Positions 49,520 through 63,581 of a DNA stretch of 64,000 nt are shown piece by piece. The position numbers and the translations under genes are program-made. The stretch spans positions 102,300,001 to 102,364,000 of the forward strand of contig NC_043001.1 of the NCBI RefSeq assembly GCF_006345805.1, given 5' to 3'. Below the pieces are notes generated by a model. That model searched no databases, was not told the origin of the DNA, and saw only the letters and a program-made list of their open reading frames with translations. Every line of letters starts with the position of its first letter. Position 1 is the stretch's first letter. The DNA is from Octopus sinensis (taxonomy: Eukaryota).

Positions 49520-49870
49520 CTTACAGTCAATGACGATCTCTCTTCAACATGTCAAAGACTTCATTACAAAGGTTGACTTACCTCTTCAGATCCAGAAAAT
49601 ATTCCAACCTCCAACAACAACAACAAACCCTCTACAAAGCTCAGATTGGAGTTCTACACATAGACATTCCTAAACTACATCCAAAGAAAGCCGTCCATGT
49701 TATTGGTATGAAGTTGTACACCAACACACTCCAAATCTTCTATCTCCTCTATAACAACACACCTGGGCCTGACCTTCCATCAAACTTGAACTTCTGAACA
49801 CCTGGCATAGAACCATCACCCCCTCCTCTCTTTCTGGTGAAGAAAGCTTTTTCTTTTTCTCTTCTTCCAT
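49520..49870 (+). mobile_element. Decayed CR1-like LINE RT C-terminal fragment
   Basis: QTLYKAQI...KKAVHVIG trace, cf. TLYKAQIRPxLEY...QRRAIRLIG. Confidence 0.55.
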
Positions 49871-50339
49871 CTTGTTTTGCAAGTTACATGGCAACATCAC
49901 TATGTTGGTGGCATGAAAAAGCACCCAGTCCATTTTTTGAAGTGGCTGGCATAAGGAAGGACATCCAGTGAGAGAAACCATGCAAAAGCAGACGGCGTGG
50001 CTTGATGCAGCTCACTGGATTCTATCAAACTGTCCAACCTGAGCCAACATGAAAAACCGACGTTAAATGATGAGGATAATGTGATATCATCTTGATGCTT
50101 TTCCCACTTTGCACCACAAGAAGTTGGAAGCTCTGAGAATTCATTACAATTGAATATCATTATTGTAAAGAATTATAACACCTACCAGTTATTGCCAAAT
50201 TTTTGACTTTTGAATAATTTATGTGCGTTTGTGTGTGTGTGAGAGAGAGAGTGTGTGTGTGTGTGAAAATTTCATTGTTTTACACCAGACATACATTTTA
50301 ACTTTAAACAAGCAGAAAAACACAAATAATATTGTTTTT

Positions 50340-50760
50340 CTGTTTATTGATAATATAGGTGTTATATAGTTAAGAATAGTGTGGTTTGAAGAAAACTTAG
50401 CTGTTACTTCTAACGAGTCAAGTGAGAGCAAAAAGGCTCCCTCGCTGGATTGTACCAGTGATAGCAGTTGGAGTGAGTCCTGCAATCACAGAGTAAAGAG
50501 AAGAATTCTTCTCTTCTTTCATGGTACTCAGACCTCGGAAACAAAGATGAGATGTGAGAAAGTACAGTCAATAAGAAGAGATGAAGCTGCACCAACCCCA
50601 CAGATTTAAACATGGGGATGCACACCAAAGTTCCTATTATCTCTGATGATCCTGAGAGTTGTGAGCAATAAGGACCGTGCCCTTCTAGCTCAATTCTTCT
50701 CACAAACTTGCTGAAGGCTACCACCACTGACAAACAACATTAACAAGAACTACTTAATCC
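50340..50760 (-). mobile_element. Decayed CR1-like endonuclease fragment
   Basis: Weak GVGA...SHLDSLEVT similarity to the CR1 APE region. Confidence 0.35.
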
Positions 50761-52890
50761 TGGCATGAAGTTGCTTCTGTAACAGCACTGGCACCATCAT
50801 TAAGACTCAGTTTTAGTGTAGAATCTGTTTCTTTAATACTAAACATGGCTACCATTTTCTCTGAAAATGGATTTTTTCTACTTAAAATTTTTGTCTTTCT
50901 TGATATTTTAATTCATTCCCATTCACCTGGTACAGCCTGTATACTTATTTTTTGTTCTCTTGTCTTGGTTCAAAACCAGTCCTAACTACTCATTCACTAT
51001 TTTCATTATATTTGCTTTGAATGTATGGCAGGTGGAACACTAGGGTGGTGGTGGCAAGAGACCAGTGTCATTATAACTGCATCCAGAACACTGTGGCTTT
51101 TCATAAAGTGATGACATAGCAAAGAGATGATTCTTTGGTGTTGAAATAAAATGCACTGAGTACATTCTACAAAGTAGTTGGCCTTTAGAAGGCCGTCCAG
51201 CTGGGGAAACAATAATAGAAATAAAATGTATCAGGAGGGCATGACTCTCCAGCCTGTCTAAGAAGGCAGTTGCTCCAAATAAGAACTGACTTAAACTGCG
51301 ACAATCCAACCAACCAATTCTAACAAAAATGAGGATGATGATGACAAAGACACACACGCATGCATGCACATGCACACAGAGCTTAATAAGGGTGTCTTTG
51401 CTTTCAGAATTCCATACATAGACCAAATAATGAATGCTGAATAAAAAAATAGAAGGCAAGAAGTAGCACAGTCTGAGAGAGAAACAACAGCACATCATCT
51501 CAACAAACGAGAAGGAATTGGGTGGTCTTTGAAGAAGAGCTGGCAGAACCAATGTGAATGTCAACTCAAATTGCAACTGCCGAGATTTGTGAATGCAATG
51601 CTGCTGGGTCAAACGAGAGAAGTGAAACGGGGGAAGAAGTAGCTACAAAGTGGTTCAGCTATATTTGGTGATGCAAGGGAAATTTACGACCAGTGAATAA
51701 GAGGAATGTAAAGAGGGAAAGCATGGAAACAGTGAGATATGCAAATGTGTATATCTATCTCATTGTGCGTGCATGTGTATCTGTATATACTTGATTATGA
51801 AGATGTGTGTGTGTGTGTGTATACAGCAAATCACACCCAAGTTGAATAATTGCTTTATTCATTTCTAGTTGTTTACAAATATTATTTCTCATTGCAACTA
51901 GTAATGAATGCAGGACCAAGCTAAACCATTTACATAGGTTACCTTTACTATATATTATCTTCTGGATTCAAATTTTTTTTTTTTTTTTCAGGCTTGACTT
52001 TTGATTTCTCTTCTTGCCTGGTTAATAAAGTGAATATCAATAATATATATAGTGAAACCAAGTCAATTGGCAAAGACTTTTATGCTTCTGATCAAATAAA
52101 GAACTCTTTCGCCCACATCTGATGGCATCTATTACAGGCACGACTGAGATATACCGGAGTCTATTCAAGAACAAGAATGTGTAGCGAATGAAGAACACAA
52201 TGCAATAAGCTATAGTGCCATATTACTTAAACACAATATGCATCCAAAGCTTTATTAGAACACACTGACAAATGAAAAGTTAAGTTGACTTTGGTGAAAT
52301 TGAACACTGAAGCATATGCACAAAAGTTAATATTGGTAAGTATATCAATTCAGGCTCTTGGCTAATAACAGCGAAATCAATAAATATCAATACATTTTTC
52401 TCAGCTTGCAACAACCTCCTTCATCATCAAGACTATTTTTCTCTTTACACTTTAATATAAATATTGTTATTATTATTTTTTGGAAGGAAGAATTTTTTTA
52501 TTTGTTAGGAAGTGTATTTCGAATCATATATACAGTTCATTATTCATAATATAAAATATCAAAGGGTGTAAAAGACTGCAAACAGAAATTATGTTCTATC
52601 ATATCAAAAGTTGAAAACTTATTTGTAACACAAAGTCTTGATATTTTTCATCAATATTTTTTTTTTTAATATTTGTGTAAGGTTTCAACTGCAGAATCCA
52701 AATTAACCATTTAATTCTTTAACTACAGGCAAAGCGCACACAAAGGTTATTATTTTGAAGCTAGTTTAAGAATAACAACTGATGGAGTGGCTCAACACTA
52801 AGAATATATGGGGTTGATGTAATAAACTGTCCCTCCCCTCAAAAATCTGTGGATCCTATGCCAATATTGGAAACAATTATTATTATTATT

Positions 52891-53445
52891 GAGTGAAAGA
52901 CCAGTGCATGCCATCAATGTGACACTGGGGTAAAATATACGAAGCCCAGTATACCCATCATGACTACCCGTCTAATAAGGGTACACCAGGCACATGCATC
53001 ACAACCATGTGTGTGACATGGTGATCTCATATCAAGATAAACAGCACATGACCTTGCAGGTGGGGCCCAGTTAGAATTTTCTTCTGGTCAAGTAACTCAT
53101 CCCACTCAAAAGGTCCCTGAATAAGGGTTGCTTAAGGATGTTGAACGAAACACTCATGTTTCCAGAGGTGAATTATTCAAACCCCAAAGAATTCCTCTCA
53201 ACACATGGCCAAGATGCTCCCCACTACTTCTGCTCATGATCAGAGATGCACATATCATCAGCCACTAAGGGACATGCTCAACTGGTTAGGGTCAAACAAC
53301 TGACAAGCAAATCTGTAGTATTGAGCAGAATATTTGCTGTAGCCCATCTTTTATACCAAGACAAAACAATGTACTTGATAACACTTCCAATCACTTAAGA
53401 TCAGCAGCCATGAGAGCCACTTTCTGGTACTGCATTAGGGCATGT
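52891..53445 (-). mobile_element. Unclassified ~555-bp retroposon-like repeat embedded in (ATT)n
   Basis: Sharp boundaries against (ATT)n at 52876-52890 and 53446-53460; the minus-strand end ...ctttcactc is followed by (AAT)n; no ORF and no clear A/B box. Confidence 0.55.
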
Positions 53446-53460
53446 ATTATTATTATTATT

Positions 53461-53660
53461 AAGACTGGCAGAAATGTTAGCACAGTGGGCAAAATGCATA
53501 GCAGCATTTCATCCATAATCACGTTCCGGGTTCAAATTCTGCTGAAGTCTACTTTGACTTTAATCTTTTCAGGGTTGATAAAATAAGTACCAGATGAATA
53601 GTGGGGTCAATGTAATTGACTTACCTCCCCTCCCCCAATCCCTAGCTTTGTACCAAAATT
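53461..53660 (+). mobile_element. Family B SINE (decayed)
   Basis: ctggcagaaatgttagcac...gggttgataaaataagtaccag. Confidence 0.7.
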
Positions 53661-54249
53661 TGATATCACCATTGTTGTTGTTGTTTTCTGTGTTGCAGTC
53701 GGGAGAGGTGTCAGTCAGGTGGAGACTGGTTATTTCAAACAAATATCCCAGGCACAAGTTAAATCAGTTTATAAATACATAATGAAGGATATCTTCAAAA
53801 CCCCTCCGCCCCCACCCCAACAGGAGGAAAGGAAACAACATTCCAATGATAATTAAGATAATTCTCGTTAATCTTGACACAAGGTCAGCAATTATTTTCA
53901 AGAGAGGGGAGAGTCATGTCAATCAAACCAGTGTCCAACTGATACTTATTTTGTTGACGAGATAAGATGCAGGATAAAGTGAAGCTGAGGGGTTCTTGAG
54001 CCCAGGGCATAAAGAGCTGGAAGAGATGCCACGAAGCATTTCTTTGTCCAGTACAAGAACCAATCAACCAGCTGACAACCTTAATTATAGTTATAATAAT
54101 GATAATGAATACATAAAACAGAAATTTAGAAGATGAAGAGGGGAGGTGAAGACAAGGAGAAGACGAAGCAGTTGAATCTAGAAGCAACATTAGATCCAAA
54201 AGTTTAATTAGAAGATCACTCACACGCTGTCAACTTTTAAACATACCAC

Positions 54250-54480
54250 CTGCGAAAACATTCTATTTGTCCAGTCTGATATTAAGAGGTCCTCAACTGT
54301 TCAATTGCCTATCTTAAATTAGAAATATGAAAGGGACCTCTACTAAAGCATTAAGAAAAAAAAAACATTAGATAAACTTCTAATGACGATATCTGAGCAA
54401 CCAACCATTCAAGGATTCACTCAGTGAAGATCAGCTGCTTAAAACTCAATTATAGGACAACTTCCAACCATAAAGTGACT
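54250..54480 (+). mobile_element. LINE (CR1/L2-group) 3' end relic
   Basis: GPQLFNCL...IRNMKG...LDKLLMTI.EQPTIQG trace. Confidence 0.5.
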
Positions 54481-57400
54481 ACAAACCTGATAGAAAATAA
54501 ATTGAAGTGGTGTTTTAGCATGATCACAGTACTAGAACTGAAACCATTAAAAGAATAAAAGAACACACAACAAGTACAACGGCTCAATATTGTACATATT
54601 AAACTGATACATGGACATAGCCACTCCTAGCTTAGAGATTTGAGTTGTAAGAACAAACAAATAACCAACAAAGGTGACATCACCAACCCAGCTGAAGTTT
54701 ATCAAATTTGATCAGAAACTGACTTTCAACCATGTAATCAATTTAATATTATTATTTTTTCTTTCATTTTATATTTAATATGAAGATTACCTATCCACCA
54801 TGAAGAAGATCAACAGGTGCTTAAGAATTTTTAAATATTGGTCTGGAACACAACTCATCTATTGAAAATATCTGAGACAGTAATTCTGTTTTAGACGCCT
54901 TCAGGAATCTGTTGGGTGAAGTCTTCCACAAATATTTTGGTTAGCACATTGCCAGATTAGATTACTTCCCACGTGTGAGATTGATTAAGTTATGCACTGT
55001 TTGGCCACCTTTAAAATCAGCTCACATTAAGCCAATCAAAGAACAGCTGAAAATATCATGAGACCCAAGAAAACATGTCAATATTTAAATGAATGCATCT
55101 TTGAAGAGTTACAACACTGGACTGAATAATATTGAACACTTGGCAAGAAATCAGACTGCTTGGCACTCAACATTAATGACAGCAAAACTGTGTAGAGTCA
55201 GCATGCATTTAGGGGAGAAACGTAAGCTGAGCCCAATAGCATAAACACTTCCAGTAGCTAGCTTCCTCTGACGCAATCATCCCTTGATGGACGTATAAGA
55301 TATGTAATCAAGTATAATTGATCAACAAAATTGATAGAACAATCCAGTTCACCTCTCTGAGAATGACACATCATTATGGAGTGTAATGGAGCTGAAAATG
55401 AAAGTGAAAGTGAAAACACAGCTAAGAGGCATTTAGAGGACTATCTGTGCCATCTCTTCCATTGCCACCATCAGCCAAACGAACAACAGTGACAATTTTT
55501 AAATAAGAAGCTTTAAACTAACAGCCACTAGCCACAACAATCATGTTCTTTGTACATGCATGTGTACACAGAGCTAAATACACAGAAGGCTACACTGCGA
55601 AATCATGTTTATAAATTGAGTCCTCTTAGACAGGCAAAATGTAAACTTAATGGTTGAAGTATTTCCCAGATATGTAGCTCTGGCTATAATATAGACAAAC
55701 ACGAAGTGAAAAGGTGGACTTCTAAGTGGTTGCTCGATCTCCTAGAAACAGCAGCCAAAAAGCACTCAAATTACATTGCACTGTTATATAAAAGAATGCC
55801 ACAATGGGTTTAAGGAATAAGGGATGGTCATGACAGGAATGTCCTTAATCACAGGCCTGTTTATTTCGGGTTGTTCAATATAGACTGTCACTTACAAAAA
55901 TCTGAGCCTGGTGCAGCTGCTGGCTCTCTAGACCTCAGTCAAACCGTCCAACCTGGAAAAGGAACATTAAACGATGATGATGATGATGTTGTTGTTGTTA
56001 GTGACACACAGACACAATGCAGTGTTAGCATCGTGGTAACACACATTTCCTTGCTTATATGTTTGACCATGTCTTTTTGATTTGGGGGTTTGGAGGGATT
56101 GAGACTGTTAGTTTCTCCCACCCCAGCCCTTTTTCTCTTTCCTGACCCTTCACTCTGCCCTTTTTGGATGCTTTCTGGTCATTACTGGCAACCTCGTCAT
56201 TCAACGAACTGGAGAATATAGAGGCTGCGCTTGTATTTTCAAGCATTTCTTCTTGGTAGAGACACCACTTCAAGTACATGAAACAGAAATATTAGGAAAT
56301 GCCATAAAGATCTTCAGGTACAACAAACACCCAGATCTCAAGCAGTGATGACACTGTCTGGTTCCACAAGAAATGAATTCAAGTCTTATGACATCTTCAT
56401 AGTTCTTCCATCATTGATAGCATTCGGGCCCCTTTCTGTGGGCCTCTGCATTGGTGACTGCATTTGGTCACCTGTCATTTCATTACTGAAGATAAAACAT
56501 TTACCAATTAGATATTGCAACTTTCAGTACTTGTAGAGAATTATCCATTTTGACAGGAATTGTCATCACCCCAGGATGTATGAAAATGGTTCATTTTGTA
56601 ATGGATTCTAGTGTTCCTTCAAGTAAACAGGACATCCATTGATTAGCTGTGCAGGTAAATGATAGAATCTTCTTTGTTTTTGTAATGCCATTTCCAGTTG
56701 TTGTTGCTTCTGTTGTTGATGCAAATGGCAGTGTCAGTTTTTATCTGCCTATAAAGAGCGGCATTAATGTGGTGGTGGTCACTGTGAGAGAGACATCAAT
56801 GCTGTCATGCTGGCAACGCAGATGACTATTGCCGTTGTGTTATTGTCCTTTTTAACTATTGCGGTGGTGTTACCACTAGTCCATGGCCCTTACTGGAATC
56901 TATCTTCATTTTCTAAATGAAATTATGGATTTTAAAAAAATATAAATGTTTAACTAAGAAACCACCCTGGAGTAGAAAAACTACAATTCTGAGTTACAGT
57001 TCAGTTTCTTTACAAAACTGTTAATAATAAATACTGTGTACAGATCCTTTTTAGGGCAAGAGCAACAAAATCTTGGTTTTTAGTGTGTGTGTATGTGTGT
57101 ATGAGAGAGAGAGAGAGAGGATATTGCAAGGGACCAAAGCTACAACTTTTGCTGCCAGCCTTCCTTTTCTAATCTATTACACCAATGACCTTTCTCTCAA
57201 AGTAACTCATACTATCTTTCATCTCTTGTCCCTCACATTCCACACCTCACTCTACTTCTCTCATTTACTATAATCACCTTGTCATCTACTTCCTGTCTCC
57301 ACCTTCTATAGCCTTTTCACTTACCCCCTTTCTTTACACCTCCACTGGCCATTACATTACTTTCTGCTACTCTGTCAATGTATATTTGTTCAAAACTTTA

Positions 57401-58871
57401 GACTTTTTCACTGCTCATGACAAACATAAGAATTAACAAAGTTTAATAAATCTCTTGACATCACCTATTTCTCAAACGTTTCGGCATTTCCAAAACAAGG
57501 CAACTGAAGCTGGCTCCATTATAATGTTTATGACAAGACTGATCAATTACCTTAAAGATTTCTGAAAGCAATCACGTAAATACACAAGAAATAATGTATA
57601 TAAACATCAGGTTTTCAATCACATAAATTCACATCTTCAATGATTATCCAATTTAAAAGTACTGTAATCTTTTAGTATTTTTAGCATCAGTTAATACTGC
57701 CATTTCAAGCCTCCTCTATCATATATCCTTATTTTATATTTACAAAATAATGGCTTCTAATGGCCTTTTGTTACCCAGCTAATTTTACATAGAAATGAAA
57801 TATAAAAATATATATATATATATATAAAACTAAAATGCCTGTGGACCATTTTACATCAAAAGATATGTGTGGCATGAAATTTTATTATTTTTAGGGTTAG
57901 GGTATCAAGCGAAAGAAACAAGGGAATGTAAGAGTGAAAAGTGTTTCTCAGCCCATCCAGGCGTGCAGTGACTCCAGACAAGAACTGACTCACACTATTT
58001 TGACCCTGACAACTCATGGAAATGTGGACATATGGATGATGATGATGATGATGATGATGGAGAGCTAAATCAGATTGGAGTCTGGTGCAGCTCCCCAGCT
58101 TGCCAGCTCTGGTCAAACCGTCCAACCGATGCCAGCATGGATAATGGACATTAAATGATGATGATAATGATGATAGTGATTTTGTATTTAAAAGAAAATG
58201 CTAGTGAAATATGCTTGAAAATGAAACGAAACATAGATTGTCATTTTGAATGAAGGATTAATATTTCATCAAGGGTTGTACTCTATCTCTATCTCATGTT
58301 ATACTCTTTAGTACAGGTCCTGTGAGAAAATTTATCCCTGCTCCTAAATATGGAATGCTCACAGAAGAATATGATTAAGGCTGAATGGTTGTTAGTCAAA
58401 ACAGAACAAAGGGAGAGAAAAGTAATTAAACCAATGAATAATAAGCTTAAAAGACTGAATCAGATGTCTGCACATGAAGATGAGAGGAAAGATTCTGAAT
58501 CTGCAAAAGAAGATAGAGAAACCAGGCTCGGCCAAGTGGCTGAAATTCCAGAGTGAGGAGGCTGAGGCAGAATTCTAATGCACAGAATAATCAGGTTTCA
58601 ACTGAAACTCCAGAGATAAGAGACTGAAGCAACTCTCTTAAGCAAGAGAGCCAAGAGGAAATGGAAGCAATATTAGGAAATGCAGCGTTTTTGCAGCCGG
58701 TTAGCCTTCAGCTTACAAAGCTCACACAAAAGTAGAGGCCAAGTTCCATAATGACAGTAAAACAGAGAAATTGAAGAACCACTCAGAAAAGGAGGTACAG
58801 GTCTGTTAAAGGGCTAATAATGAATGCTACTAATGGGCCCTTCCAGAAGCCCCTAATGTATCCCCCTATAC

Positions 58872-59106
58872 CATTAGTTCTCAACCAAGGTCCATTTAAG
58901 ATCTTGTTGGTAAAATTAATCTGCCTGAAAATGGCAACATTTCTATGATAGATAAACTGTTTTAACAATTTTCTAATAATTCCCAATAATATCTAATCAT
59001 AAAAATACAATATGATTCTTTTTAAACACTGAATGGCTAGGAGGGTCCATCCGAATAAAAGAGGAACCAAAGGGGTCCATAGGTAAAAGATGGTTGGGAA
59101 ACACTG
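58872..59106. mobile_element. hAT-type MITE (decayed)
   Basis: Imperfect TIR cattagttctcaacc / ggttgggaaacactg. Confidence 0.55.
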
Positions 59107-61360
59107 ATCTATCCTTCCCCAAAATAATACACAGAATCTCTTTGCCTCTGGTCATTGCTACAATTGCTATCAATGGCTGACTGAATGAAGGTTTTGACGC
59201 TGCTTTGAGGGGAAAGTAGAGCTTGCTTTTGCTGCTTACTCTTTCACCAAAGATAGTCAACAACTTTGATATTTCATGAACAGGAAAGAGTTTTTTTGGA
59301 CAACTAAAAGAAGCACTGCCCAGAGAGCAGCATTTCTCCCAGCAGTAGCAGCAGCAGCAGTAGTAGTAGTAATAGTAATGGCCATAAAAATAATATAGGC
59401 TAGTGTTTTTAATAATACTAGTACTAATAAAAAAATAATATTTCCTTGTGATTATGAAAAAAGTAGCAAAACAGAATCAGAAAATAAAGAAGGGAGAAAA
59501 AAATCAAATTAAAAAAAAAAATCTATTTGCCAGATCAGAGGCAAGAGAAATACTTTGAATGGTGTTTATATAAACAGTTTATAGCCTACTTGTGTATATT
59601 TAGTTAAGGAAACAATATTTACTGCTAAAAGCCATTAAATATGTACAGCCTGGTTAGCAACAACAGATTTTCTTGTTTTACATTTGATGCAAAACACTGC
59701 GTTGTTGGTTGATGGTGTGCTCTATAATCTAGATAGATGTTCAGCTGGTGTGGAAGATGATTATTAGGAGAAAGAAGGGAGAGGATGAGGGGGTCCGCAC
59801 CCCCCTTTTTTTGTTTTTGTTTTTATGTTTTGTGGGTTTTTTTACAGGCTGGCTAGTTGGAGAAGGAGGAGGGAGGTGTTGTGCACAGCAGGGGGGGGGG
59901 GAGAAAGAAGGAGAAACGGTAGGGAGGGGAGATGACAGTTTGGGGAGTTGAGTTTGTAAGAATGGAAGGGGGTGGAGGAGAAGGAGGACATCATGTTATG
60001 GAGTTGTAATAGGTGAGGGGGGAAGAAGCAATGTAGGTGGCTGGTATAGAATGTGTTTGGGTGGGAGAGGGAGAAGGTGAAGAGGATAAGAGGGTGCATG
60101 ATGTGGCAAGAAAGAAGGGTCTTAGAAGAAGGGGTCATAGAGGAGGAGGAGAGAGAGAGGTGGGAAATACTCATAGAAAGTGACATAGCTCAGCAGTTTC
60201 TGAAGCACCAATGTTGTTTCTGAACAAAACTACAAGAAATGATGTTTCAAGGAATAGAATAGAATAGAATTAAAAAAAAAAAAAGAGAAACAAAGAAAAT
60301 GCTTTTCTACAATAGTATAAATGGGTTGGATAATTGTTCAAATGTTGGGTTTGCAAGAACAGCAACTTAACTTACTGTGAAGAAAGGAAGGAGTTATTTA
60401 ACAATGGTGAGCATTAATGGAAGGGGTAAAGGTTCATTTAAAGGGAGTCTAGCATAATGGGGTTGTTCAATATAGTTGATAGAATGTATATTTTGTTGTT
60501 TAACCCACAAAACCAGCTTTGACTTAGCAGATTTACTATCAATGGTACCTTAACCATGACAGTCCTGTCTCCTGGACTGAATTATCCAATGCCCATCCTT
60601 TTTTAAAGTATAAATTATTATAAAGGAGATTTGACTACTATTTCAAGCAGGTTGAGAGATCATTTAAAAACTCTCGTATTAGCTCCCTGACTACACAGAA
60701 ACTTGTCCTTTACTTGGGATATTAGGGTGTAAATTTTGGGGTGATTCAGCTGCTATTTCTAGCAGACTGAATGATTTTGTAGGGGCCTCATTAATGAATT
60801 AATGTATGTTTAACTAGAATTTTAAGGTAAAGTAGGAAGATGAAAACATTTTGTTCTCATCTTCCTACTTTGCACAACACAAGAAAATTTAATAAGTATG
60901 ATTAGGATGCAATCTCAAAACAGAAGTTATTGTAGAACTACTCCAAGAAATAGGACCAAGATGTTGGAGTCATTTTTTAGTCAGAAATGTAATAGACTGA
61001 CCTTGTTTAGGGATATAACGGAATTTGGAGTAAAGATTATTTGCCATGGCAGTCCTAGTTCAGGATGAATGTTGCTGTAATTTAGCCCCTGGAGACATTC
61101 TCTCCAGCTGGTTATACGACATGATCTGTGTCCTTATATTTTCAAACAAAGGAATCTAGCACCCCCACTCAGCTCAAAACAATATCTGTGTATCACGATT
61201 CCTGGATTATTTCCCTTCATCAGCACAGAATAATTATTCAGCTAGAGGTGGCGCTGCCAAATTTCTGTTTGAAATATATAATTTTCAAAGTGACAACTAG
61301 TCACTGACGTATAAATTAGAAAATGGGATTAGTTTAGGGGTGATAATTCTCATTCTAAAC

Positions 61361-61636
61361 CAGTGGTTCCCAAACGTTTTCAGGCTGCCGTCCCCTTGAC
61401 ACACAGGCCACATTCCTAGTGACCCCACCCCAACCAACCATCCCAAACATAAACCTCTTTCTGAAGCAAATTCAAAGCAACTGTATCTCACAAATAAAAC
61501 TTAACCTCATCAACCCATTATTTTGTTGTTTTTACATGAATCACCACCCCCATTATCATTCCACTTTTCTTCAACACTCTCTTGAAACTTTCCACTGCCC
61601 CCAGGGGAACAGTACCACCCACTTTGGGAACCATTG
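61361..61636. mobile_element. hAT (Charlie-type) MITE, 276 bp, with 8-bp TSD
   Basis: TIR cagtggttcccaaa / tttgggaaccattg; TSD ttctaaac (61353-61360) / ttctaaag (61637-61644), fitting the NTCTARAN preference. Confidence 0.85.
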
Positions 61637-61714
61637 TTCTAAAGTGTTGTCCTTCCAGTCAGCAATGAAGCAGGGCTGCTAATTATAAAAGATGTAGCTT
61701 AGCTTTTATATTAT

Positions 61715-62080
61715 TTACTTGTTTCAGTCATTAGATTGTGGCCATGCTGGAGTACAACCTAGAAAAATTTATAGTCAAATGAATCGACCACAGTACTAGT
61801 TTTTAAAACCTGGTACGTATTATATCAGTCCCTTTTGCTAAACCACTAAGTTACAGGGATGTAAACACACCAACACTAGTTGTTAAGTAGCGGTGGTGAA
61901 CAAACACACACACATATGATGGGCTTCTTTCAGTTTCTGTTTACTGAATCCACTCACAATGCTTTGGTCAGTCTGATTCTGTAGTAGAAGATACGTGCCC
62001 AAGGTGCCGTACAGTACGACTGAACCTGGAACCAAGTGGTTGGAAAGCAAGCTTCTTACCACACAGCCATGTCTGCATCT
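61715..62080 (-). mobile_element. Family A composite SINE, full length
   Basis: Both modules are present. Confidence 0.8.
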
Positions 62081-63371
62081 ATAACCATGCCTGTGCCTAC
62101 AGTTTGACCAAATAATTCACTTAGTAATTATTGATATGTCACTGTTTTCAAAAACGGTCAATACTGAAGATTTATTTGTTTCGAATTCTTTATTCACAGT
62201 TTTACTGCATATTGTTTCAACCGTGTTATCTAAACTTATATTCATCACAATAAATATGTAAGCAGGAGATATTTCTGTTTTTGTGTATTTTAGGACTGGC
62301 CACCAAGATTTTGCATCACCATCCAATAAAACTCTCATGTAATAAGCTTGCCAGATAAATGATCCTATATTTATAAATATTTATATATGATCTGTGTGTG
62401 TGTGTGTGAGAGAAAGAGGGAAAGAGAAAGGGTATGTGTGTGTGTGTGCGTGTTTATTCATACATAATTTTTATCCTGCAACAGCAGAACAATGCATTGA
62501 TAGCAAGGAATCATTCACACAGATCTGTGCAAATGATTCGTTGCCAAAACCAATATAGAACCATATGAACTAGAAAAATAGGAGGTAATACTAAAATAAC
62601 ACTGGAAATAATAAGCAAAATACTAGAATAATAGGCAATTCAGAAACCCCAGCAGAAAATAAAGGCCTTACATATTATATAAAAGACAAATATTTGATTG
62701 CCTGTAGACACCTAAAAGATAATCATTATTTCTTAAATCATTTTTATCTGTTAGCAACACATAATTAATAGGAACAATGGAAAAATTAAATTTTCATTAT
62801 TTTGGAGAGAAAAGTCAAAATCAGTGGGATCAGCTGGATAATTGCAAGTCTAATTTTTAAAATTTTCTTCCATAAAATTAAATTTTACACTTATCTTCAG
62901 AAATAAAAGTAACTGAAACAATTTTATTTTGATTATATATTTGAGATCGATGAATGAGAGAATTTTCAAGATTTTCAAATTTCTGTCTCAAAATTTGGAA
63001 GAATAGGGTGGCTTAGCTAAAATAAAACAAACAAGTTGTTCGTCAACACAAGCTTAAACTGTTCGGTTTTAGAACCCTAACTTTAAACATCTACCTTAAA
63101 CAAAGTGAGAATCTTTGCAAAGATGACTGGTTGATTGGAAATAGAGAACAAATCCTTAGATTGGATCACACCCTACTATCTTCACCAGAAAAAAAAAAGA
63201 ACAAATAGTCACAGATGGAATATCTTTGATCATAGGTTTGTTTGATGAGAGCTGATCCAGGCCTAGATAACAAGACCTGTTATATTCACATCAAAATAGG
63301 ACACATTTTCTGGCTGTTTCTTACCTAATTTTGATTTACAATTAACTTTACACCCAGCCCTCGGCATTTAA

Positions 63372-63581
63372 CCCTTTAGTATTTAAACTGGCCATATCCG
63401 GTCAAAATAGTTCATCTGCTTTATGTTCAAACTGACCAGATCCAGGCTCTCACACCTACCCTACAATGTTATTCTACATTAAGTAATTGCACCATCAAGA
63501 TCTTGAAGATATGAGATAATGCATGATTAATTCAAATCAATGGGAATCAATAGGTATTATGTTTGATAGAACACTAAAGGG
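63372..63581. mobile_element. piggyBac-type MITE, 210 bp
   Basis: ttaa|ccctttagt ... actaaaggg|ttaa. Partial copies of the same family lie at ~8330-8440, ~29850-29962 and ~39545-39645. Confidence 0.85.

Noticed and set aside
57551-57561. 11-nt microexon candidate (ttgctttcag|aaatctttaag|gtaatt) on the minus strand
   Set aside because: Not frame-preserving, no homology support, and such motif pairs are expected by chance in 64 kb of AT-rich DNA.
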